The translations under genes and the position numbers were made by a program. From an uncultured Verrucomicrobiae bacterium (GTDB lineage: Bacteria; Verrucomicrobiota; Verrucomicrobiia; Palsa-1439), in NCBI GenBank assembly GCA_963842185.1, contig CAWJFL010000013.1, positions 372,022 to 436,021 on the forward strand: DNA of 64,000 nt, in the 5' to 3' direction. Shown piece after piece: positions 19,286 to 26,134 of this stretch. The notes under the pieces are model-generated. The model had not been told where the DNA came from. It did not search any database and was given only the letters and a program-made list of their open reading frames with translations. How positions within the stretch are numbered: the stretch's first letter is position 1; every line of letters starts with the position of its first letter.

Positions 19286-19420
19286 GCGAGGGATGAGCGG
19301 GAGCGAAGGGAAAAGGGATGAGGGATGAGGGCGGAACGGGAAAAGGGATGAGGGATGAGGGCGGAGGGATGAGCGGGGGCGAAGGGAAAGGCGGGTGGGG
19401 AAACGACAGGCTCAGGGCTG
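19286..19420 (+). repeat. G-rich tandem repeat (about 30 bp unit, GGGAAAAGGGATGAGGGATGAGGGCGGAAC, about 3.5 copies) with canonical G-quadruplex motifs on the plus strand
   Basis: 19301-19420: gggatgagcgggagcgaagggaaaagggatgagggatgagggcggaacgggaaaagggatgagggatgagggcggagggatgagcgggggcgaagggaaaggcgggtgggg. Several runs of four or more G3 tracts are separated by 3-5 nt. Confidence 0.85.
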
Positions 19421-19423
19421 GGC

Positions 19424-19804
19424 TTATGGCGGCGCGAGGGGCGTGACGGTCTCGGGCGAGGTTCGGAACGACTGGAGGGCCTCGGCGAGATGGTCGTAGA
19501 ACTCCATCAGGTCACCCATGGCGATGAGGTTGGCGACCTGCTGGATGGTTTGGGGAAGGCCGACGCATTTGAGGTCGCCGCCGCGGGCCTGGGCCCTGTG
19601 GGCGAGATCGATCAACTCCTTGAGTTGGGCGCTGCCGATGTAGGTGACCTGTGAGCATTCGAGGATGATGCAGGGGGTGACCTCTTCCATCGTGCGCGTC
19701 AAGGTGGTTGCGAACTGGGCAAACGCCAATGCGTCGACTGCCCCGGCCATTTCGATGACCTCCGCGCTGCCGGTTCGGTACATTTTGAACTGCAATTCTT
19801 GCAT
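19424..19804 (-). CDS. STAS-domain anti-sigma-factor antagonist (SpoIIAA-like)
   Basis: MQELQFKMYRTGSAEVIEMAGAVDALAFAQFATTLTRTMEE...CIILECSQVTYIGSAQLKELIDLAHRAQARGGDLKCVGLPQTIQQVANL... The start is chosen at ATG 19804. The track extends to 19852. Confidence 0.75.
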   Translation of the reverse strand: MQELQFKMYRTGSAEVIEMAGAVDALAFAQFATTLTRTMEEVTPCIILECSQVTYIGSAQLKELIDLAHRAQARGGDLKCVGLPQTIQQVANLIAMGDLMEFYDHLAEALQSFRTSPETVTPLAPP

Positions 19805-20238
19805 GTTCGCCGTCCGCCACGAAGGGATAGCAGGAGATGTGCCCTGTTCCATGGCGAGCGCATCGGCAGGGGGGAATGTGGCTGGGGGTACAATTTTGGC
19901 AAGCCGGCGGGACGATTCTGTGCAGCCCTGTCGGCGGGGTTGTACGAACCCCCGCCGATACCCCTAATGGAAATTATTTACCGAGCGCTGCGGTCCGAGC
20001 CGAGGAGAATGAATCGTCCCCCTCAGGACGACGTTGATTGGCGATGTGACCCGCGAGGGCCAATGTTTCTCCTCACAAACGGCTCCAGATGCAGCGCCCG
20101 GCAAATCAGCCTGACATGCCAAACTTTGTGCCTACCCATGCCCAACAAATGCGATGCATCGGGGTCGATTTTGTTCCCGCGTGCTTTTCGAGTTGCTGGG
20201 GCGCGCCCCGTCCATAACAATGGGAGAAGTTCGACAAA

Positions 20239-20823
20239 GTGGAACAAAAAGCGGCGACGCTGCCTCTTATGGATAAGGAGATCGAAAGCTCCGCTTTGCC
20301 TGCGCCGGATTTCGAGGCGCTGGTGGAGCAACACTACAGGCGATTGTACCAGTTTGCCTACAACCTTACGCGCGACGAGGCGGAGGCCAGCGACTTGACT
20401 CAGCAAACGTTCTTGAAGTGGGCCAGCAAGGGTCATCAATTGCGTGATCCTTCGAAGGCCAAGACGTGGCTGTTCACGACGTTGCACCGGGAATTCCTGC
20501 AGGCCCGACGCCGGAGCGTGCGCTTTCCGCATCACGAACTCGAAGCAGTCGCCAGCGAACTTCCGTCAATTCCGCCCGTGACTGTTGAGCGCCTCGATTC
20601 GGCAACCGTGCTGGCCGCGCTCGCGCAGATCAACGAGGTGTTTCGCGCCCCGCTGACCCTGTTTTATCTGGAGGATTATTCGTACAAGGAAATCGCCGAG
20701 ATCCTCGATGTCCCCGTGGGCACGGTGCAATCGCGGATTGCGCGCGGCAAGTGCCACCTGTACGAGATTCTGATGGAGAAATCGCCACTACATACCGATG
20801 AACCACGGGAGCCTCATGGATAG
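20239..20823 (+). CDS. ECF (group 4, sigma-70 family) RNA polymerase sigma factor
   Basis: The sigma-2 region reads HYRRLYQFAYNLTRDEAEASDLTQQTFLKWA. The sigma-4 region reads LFYLEDYSYKEIAEILDVPVGTVQSRIARGK. Confidence 0.85.
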   Translation: MEQKAATLPLMDKEIESSALPAPDFEALVEQHYRRLYQFAYNLTRDEAEASDLTQQTFLKWASKGHQLRDPSKAKTWLFTTLHREFLQARRRSVRFPHHELEAVASELPSIPPVTVERLDSATVLAALAQINEVFRAPLTLFYLEDYSYKEIAEILDVPVGTVQSRIARGKCHLYEILMEKSPLHTDEPREPHG

Positions 20824-21550
20824 GGAGCAGGCCAAAGAGATTCTGCTCGGCTACCAGCCGGGGCGCGACGACATCGCCGATCCTCGGATCACCGAGGCGT
20901 TGCGGCTGGTCGAGAATGATCCGGAATTGGCGGTCTGGTTCGAACAACAGCAGCATGCGGACGCGATGATTCGCAGGGGGCTCCGTGAAATGCCTGTGCC
21001 ATCCGATCTTCAGGAGCGGATTCTGGCCGGGCGCAAGGTTGTCCGAGTGGATTTCGGGTGGCGAAAAGCCGTCTTGGTCGCTGCGGCTGCCGCCATCATT
21101 GTTCTAGGTGTCGTCGGCTACTGGACGTTCCGTCAGACGAGCCGGTATGGACTGGATACGTACCGACTGACCATGGTGCGGTATGTCACCGGTCCGTACC
21201 CGATGGTCGCCGAAGCGAAGAGTTTCGACGAATTGCGCCAGGTGCTTGCCCAGAAGGGTTGGCCAACCGAGTTCATCGTGCCCGATCCGCTCCAGAATGC
21301 CACGGTCGGCGGCGGCGGTGCGCTCGAGTGGAACGGGCATAAGGTCGACCTAGCTTGCCTGCGGGAAAGCGGGCGCGGCTTGTGGCTGTTTGTCGTGGAT
21401 AACGCCGCGCTGCCCAACGCACCGTCTACCACGGCCCCGCGCGTCCAGATGGTGAACGCCGTCCCGACCGCGGTTTGGAGCCAGGACGGCAAGACGTACC
21501 TCTTCGCCGCCCAAGGGGACGAAGCGTACCTGCGCAAGTATCTCCCGTAG
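20816..21550 (+). CDS. Cognate anti-sigma factor, single-pass membrane protein
   Basis: The start (ATG 20816) overlaps the sigma factor's stop (ATGGATAG). There is an N-terminal cytoplasmic anti-sigma-like helix region, then one TM (AVLVAAAAAIIVLGVVGYWTF), then a periplasmic domain. Confidence 0.6.
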   Translation: MDREQAKEILLGYQPGRDDIADPRITEALRLVENDPELAVWFEQQQHADAMIRRGLREMPVPSDLQERILAGRKVVRVDFGWRKAVLVAAAAAIIVLGVVGYWTFRQTSRYGLDTYRLTMVRYVTGPYPMVAEAKSFDELRQVLAQKGWPTEFIVPDPLQNATVGGGGALEWNGHKVDLACLRESGRGLWLFVVDNAALPNAPSTTAPRVQMVNAVPTAVWSQDGKTYLFAAQGDEAYLRKYLP

Positions 21551-21653
21551 ATTCGCGAGCCCGTGCCATCTGAACAAGCTCTCCACCCTGCACTTCCCCT
21601 CCTCCATCACGGTACCGAGGTCGTATCCGGACATTGTGACATCTGGCGAGAAC

Positions 21654-23033
21654 TTATCTTTTCAAACTGACGCTCCGGCGCAGAAACGTCGGCACGTCGA
21701 GGTCTTCGCCGTTGTACAGCGTCGGCTCGCTTTTGTCGAACCGGCCGCGGCTCACACCTTCGAGCGGCAGCGTCTCCTGCTTCGGCTTGGACGTCGATTT
21801 CTGGGCAACAACGGGCTCGGGCTTCGGCGCTTCTTCCACCGCCGGTTTGGGAGCCGACGAAACCGGGACTGGCGGTGCGGGAGTCGGTACAAGCCGCCCT
21901 GTGTTAGTGTGCGGCTGCATGGACTCGACAGCGCGATGTGGGATCGGTGGCTTCGCGGTCACGGGCTGAGGAACAATCCGTCGGGGCAGAATGTTGGCCG
22001 CGGCGATCACCGTCACCGACAGCTTCCCGCGATACGCTTCATCAATCGCCGCGCCCATGATCACATGCGCTCGGTTCGCCAAGCGCGAAATCGGTTCGAC
22101 CGTCTTCTGCACGTCGGCCAGGGTCAGATCCGGCCCGCCGAGGATGCTCACCAATACGCCCTCGGCCTTGGCCAACACGTCGCCGCCGTCCAGCAGCGGA
22201 TTGTCGAGCAGGGCTTTCACAGCCTCCCGCGCCCTGTTGGTTCCTTCGGCCTGGCCGAAGCTGAACAGCCCGTCGCAATGCTTCGATCCGAGCGTTGCGC
22301 GCAGATCGGCAAAATCCAAATTGATCAGTCCTTTGCGCGACAAGAGCTGCCAGATCGCCTGCACGCCCACCATGACCGTTTCATCCGCGCGTTTGAATGC
22401 ATCGACCACGCTCGAATCCGCGCCGGCGATGCGGACAATCTTGTCGTTCGGGATGCAAATCACCGCATCTGCCTGCGCCTTGAGCTGCTCCAGCCCCGAC
22501 AACGCCTGCTGCTTGCGCCGGTCCCCCTCAAACGAAAACGGCAACGCCACAAATGCCAGCACCAGCGCTCCCTGCTCTTTCGCGATTCGCGCAATCGTCG
22601 GGCTGGCTCCCGTGCCCGTTCCCCCGCCCAATCCCGTGGTGATAAACGCCACGTCCGCGCCCTGCGCCAGCGCCTCAATTCTCTCCGCATCGTTCTGCGC
22701 GGCGCGCGCGCCGATCTCCGGCTCGCCACCCGTCCCCAAGCCATGTGTCACCGCCGCCCCAATCTGCAACGTCTCGACGCCGGTCATTTCGTTCAGGGCT
22801 TGCACGTCAGTGTTGATCGCAATCAGATCGACCCCTTGCAACGGGTGGTCCGCTTGCGCTCGGGACTGCGCAATCTGGCTGATGACGTGACAACCCGCGC
22901 CGCCCACACCGAAAATCTTCAATCGAATCTTCTGCGCGGGTGTTGATTTCTTTTCCATGTTCTCGTTGGCTTCCTCTTGTACCGCTGGTTCCGCGGCCGA
23001 TTTCGAGACTGTCTTGCGTCGGGGTATCATCAC
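21654..23033 (-). CDS. ftsZ: Cell division protein FtsZ
   Basis: IFGVGGAGCHVISQ (GGGTGTG-type tubulin signature is present as GLGGGTGTGASPTIARIA), the T7 loop, and the C-terminal conserved peptide DLDVPTFLRR. An alternative start at about 22958 (MEKKSTPAQKIRLKIFGVGG) is possible. Confidence 0.9.
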   Translation of the reverse strand: MMIPRRKTVSKSAAEPAVQEEANENMEKKSTPAQKIRLKIFGVGGAGCHVISQIAQSRAQADHPLQGVDLIAINTDVQALNEMTGVETLQIGAAVTHGLGTGGEPEIGARAAQNDAERIEALAQGADVAFITTGLGGGTGTGASPTIARIAKEQGALVLAFVALPFSFEGDRRKQQALSGLEQLKAQADAVICIPNDKIVRIAGADSSVVDAFKRADETVMVGVQAIWQLLSRKGLINLDFADLRATLGSKHCDGLFSFGQAEGTNRAREAVKALLDNPLLDGGDVLAKAEGVLVSILGGPDLTLADVQKTVEPISRLANRAHVIMGAAIDEAYRGKLSVTVIAAANILPRRIVPQPVTAKPPIPHRAVESMQPHTNTGRLVPTPAPPVPVSSAPKPAVEEAPKPEPVVAQKSTSKPKQETLPLEGVSRGRFDKSEPTLYNGEDLDVPTFLRRSVSLKR

Positions 23034-23044
23034 GGCCCTCCGTC

Positions 23045-24274
23045 TTACATAAAGGCCCGCACTTTTTGCAGGAGATGCTGAAATGTTTGCCCCATCCGCT
23101 GCCAGGGAGGCGGAGCCTGGTGTTGGTCGCGCTGCGACCCGAGCGCGTACCGCACGAGACCGATCGCCGTCGAATACTCGGGACTTTCAATCGCTGACGT
23201 CGGCCCCCCGACCGTCAAACTGTGACCAATGTGAACCGGCAACCCGAAGATTTGGGCCGCGAGAGGCTCCAAACCCTTCAATCGCGCGCAGCCGCCCGTG
23301 ATGAATACTCCTGCCCCGAGGTAATCGAGCAGCTCTTGCTTTTCCAGCTCCTTCTTCACCAGCGTCAGCGTCTCCTCGACGCGCAGATTCATCGCCCGGC
23401 ACAGTTGCTGTTTCGAAACCTGGCGGTCCGGTAGCCCGACCTCGCGCTTCAGCGTGATCACTTCGTCCACCAGCGGAACTTCCACGGACCCGTGCTCGAC
23501 TTTCAACGTCTCGGCGCGGTTCATCGGAATCCGCAACCCGATCGCCACGTCGTTCGTAATGTGGTCGCCGCCCACCGCCAGCACGCCGCTGTGTTGAATC
23601 GTGCCTTCGCTGTAGACGATATAATCAGTCGTGCCTCCGCCCATGTCGATGACCACCGCGCCCAACTGTTGGTGTTCCGACGTGAGCACGGCCAGCGCCG
23701 AAGCGAAACCGCTGACCGCGATGTTCGCCACGTCCAGCGGCACCTGCTTGATGCACTTAATCGTGTTCTGAAGCCGCGTGCGCACGCCGTAAATCACGTG
23801 CACGTCCGCCTCGAGCTTCGCCCCAATCATCCCCGCGGGATTTTGAATTCCATCGTGGCCGTCCACGAAGAAATGTTGTCGAATGGCGTGGATCACCACG
23901 TGGTCCATCGGAATATTCACAGCCTTAGCGTTGAGCAGAACGTTGCGAACGTCTTCCTCCGATATCTCGCGCTCATCGTTTGTCACCGCCACCGTCCCCC
24001 GGTTATTGAAACTGCGAATGTGCCCGCCGCTCACGCTGGCGTACACATTGTGGATCTCCACCCCGGCGCTTTCCTCCGCGTCGGCCACGGCCGCATGGAT
24101 ACATTCCACGGTGGCATCGATGTTGATGATCTCACCCTTGCGGACGCCCTCGCAGGTCGCCTGGCCCACCCCGATGACCATGATGTTGCCATCGTCCAGC
24201 ACCTCCCCGACCACGGCGCACACCTTGGACGTGCCCACCTCCAACCCTACGATGATCTTTTCCTTCGGTAACAT
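23045..24274 (-). CDS. ftsA: Cell division protein FtsA
   Basis: 409 aa in the actin/Hsp70 fold (VGLEVGTSKVCAVVGEV..., DMGGGTTDY..., GGCARLKGLEP...). Confidence 0.9.
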   Translation of the reverse strand: MLPKEKIIVGLEVGTSKVCAVVGEVLDDGNIMVIGVGQATCEGVRKGEIINIDATVECIHAAVADAEESAGVEIHNVYASVSGGHIRSFNNRGTVAVTNDEREISEEDVRNVLLNAKAVNIPMDHVVIHAIRQHFFVDGHDGIQNPAGMIGAKLEADVHVIYGVRTRLQNTIKCIKQVPLDVANIAVSGFASALAVLTSEHQQLGAVVIDMGGGTTDYIVYSEGTIQHSGVLAVGGDHITNDVAIGLRIPMNRAETLKVEHGSVEVPLVDEVITLKREVGLPDRQVSKQQLCRAMNLRVEETLTLVKKELEKQELLDYLGAGVFITGGCARLKGLEPLAAQIFGLPVHIGHSLTVGGPTSAIESPEYSTAIGLVRYALGSQRDQHQAPPPWQRMGQTFQHLLQKVRAFM

Positions 24275-24295
24275 GGTTCCAACCGAACCTTTCTA

Positions 24296-25166
24296 ATTAA
24301 CAAATGTCACGGGCACGCCGCGGTTGACGGTCAGGTCCACGATCTGTACTGTTTTCTGCCGTTGCTGCGCCCACCGCAAAATCACTCCCAGCCGTCGCAA
24401 CTGCTGGGGAAAATCTTCCACGTCCACTTTCACCGTGGTGTGCTGGCCCGTGGTCAACACCAATTGCCGTGGTTTCGACAAATCAATTTGTTGGACCTCC
24501 AATAGTGAACCCGCCACCGCCTGGTCGAGTCTGTCCAATAATTCCAACGCCCGATAAATCTGTTCCGATTCCACCTGCCGCCCTACCCGTGTGTCGGACA
24601 GCGTTACACCGGTCAACACAGGTGCCGGCCGCGGCGTCTGCGGCTGGAGCAACGTCCCGTCGGGCAGTTTGATCGCCTTCATCACAAAGCCCAGCGCGGT
24701 CGATATAAAATGTCTCATCTCCCAACTCGCGGGTCGCCACACGCAGCCGCGCCACCGCGGTGCGCTCCATTACACGGATATACAACCGATCCGGCTGCAT
24801 CCGCCGCACTTCCACCGCTCGCACCAGGGGCAGCATTTCCAAATTGCTGCGCACTCGGTCCAAATCGATGGATAGGAGGTTCTCCCCGACGTGTACGCCC
24901 GCGAATTGGACCACCCGATCCGGTGTCAGCACGCCGTCATCGTCCACCACGATCTGGCGAATCGCAAAGCGCGGGTTGTCGTACACCAACCGGTGTACCG
25001 TCGTCTTCGCCAGCCAGCATATTCCGTAGCCCGTTAGCACGATCACCCCGAGCCCCGTCAACAGCGCGGTTGCCACCCGCAACCGCCGCAGCGAGCGCCC
25101 CCGCGTCTGGACCTTCACATCGAGCAGGTACTCGGGACGCTTCTTTCTTCGGTTTCCGAGTTTCAT
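24296..25166 (-). CDS. ftsQ: Cell division protein FtsQ (POTRA + beta domain), with an apparent 1 bp insertion near 24690-24692
   Basis: The upstream frame reads ...TM (ATALLTGLGVIVLTGY) + POTRA ...RTAVARLRVATRELGDETFYIDRAG|. The downstream frame (ORF 24293..24742) reads |FVMKAIKLPDGTLLQPQTP...RALELLDRLDQ...VDLTVNRGVPVTFVN. The frames rejoin if one G is removed from the run GCTGGGCTT (plus strand CCC at 24690-24692). The start is chosen at about 25166 (MKLGNRRKKRPEYLL), overlapping the ddl stop. Confidence 0.7.
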
Positions 25167-26122
25167 CGGGAAATGGCAGCCGCCTCCTTCTCGCCGGCGA
25201 CACGTGCGCCGTTGTGACCGTTCCGCGCCAGGGCCAGTTGCACCAACCGCGCACACAGATCGGAAAATTCGATCCCTGACGCTCGGGCCGCCTTGGGCAG
25301 GAGGCTCGTCTCGGTGAACCCGGGTATGGTGTTGACCTCCAGCACGAACAGTTCGCCGTTCCGCGACAGCATTAAGTCCACGCGGGAGTAGTCCCGACAG
25401 CCCAGGCAATCATGCGCGCGCAACGCCAGCGTCTTCGCTTGAAATTCGATGTTCTTGTCCAACACCGCCGGCACGAGATAATCGGTTTCACCCTTCGTGT
25501 ATTTCGCTTCGTAGGTAAAAAAGCCGTGCTTCGGTCGGATCTCCACCACTGGCAACGGCCGACCGTCCAGGATTCCGACCGTCAACTCGCGGCCCGCGAT
25601 GAATTGCTCCACCAGCAACCGACTGTCGTATCGCCCGGCAAGCTGACAGGCCTCGGGCAGTTGAGCCGCTTGTTGAACAATGCTGATGCCCACGCTCGAA
25701 CCTTGTCGCGAGGGCTTCACCACCACCGGGAAACCGAGCCGCGCCAGTCGTGCCCTGCTCGATTGGCCGTTCACAAACGCTTCATACGCTGGCGTCGGGA
25801 TACCGGCGACCAAGAAGGATTGTTTGGCCGCGACCTTGTCGAACGCCAGCGCGCTCGCCTCAGGACCCGATCCCGTGTACGCAACCGCTCTTCCCTCAAG
25901 AATGCGCTGGAGGGAACCATCTTCCCCGAAAGTCCCGTGAAGCACGAGGAACGCCACGTCCACCTCTGCGGGAATCGTGAAGGTCGCATCCTGAATGTCC
26001 ATGGGCACAACCCTGGCACCGGTCGCCGCCAGGGCATTCGCCACGGCCGTTCCGGACCGCAACGACACCTCCCGCTCCGCCGATGGCCCTCCCATTAACA
26101 CCGCGATTTTCAATTTCCTCAT
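25163..26122 (-). CDS. ddl: D-alanine--D-alanine ligase
   Basis: 319 aa in the ATP-grasp fold (MRKLKIAVLMGGPSAEREVSLRSG..., ...GFPVVVKPSRQGSSVGISIV..., NTIPGFTETSLLPKAA). Confidence 0.9.
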   Translation of the reverse strand: MRKLKIAVLMGGPSAEREVSLRSGTAVANALAATGARVVPMDIQDATFTIPAEVDVAFLVLHGTFGEDGSLQRILEGRAVAYTGSGPEASALAFDKVAAKQSFLVAGIPTPAYEAFVNGQSSRARLARLGFPVVVKPSRQGSSVGISIVQQAAQLPEACQLAGRYDSRLLVEQFIAGRELTVGILDGRPLPVVEIRPKHGFFTYEAKYTKGETDYLVPAVLDKNIEFQAKTLALRAHDCLGCRDYSRVDLMLSRNGELFVLEVNTIPGFTETSLLPKAARASGIEFSDLCARLVQLALARNGHNGARVAGEKEAAAISR

Positions 26123-26134
26123 GGTCGCAGCTTT

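Noticed and set aside
21636-22946. 436-aa and 299-aa plus-strand ORFs overlapping ftsZ
   Set aside because: They are antisense to a clearly intact ftsZ. The translations are Arg-rich nonsense.
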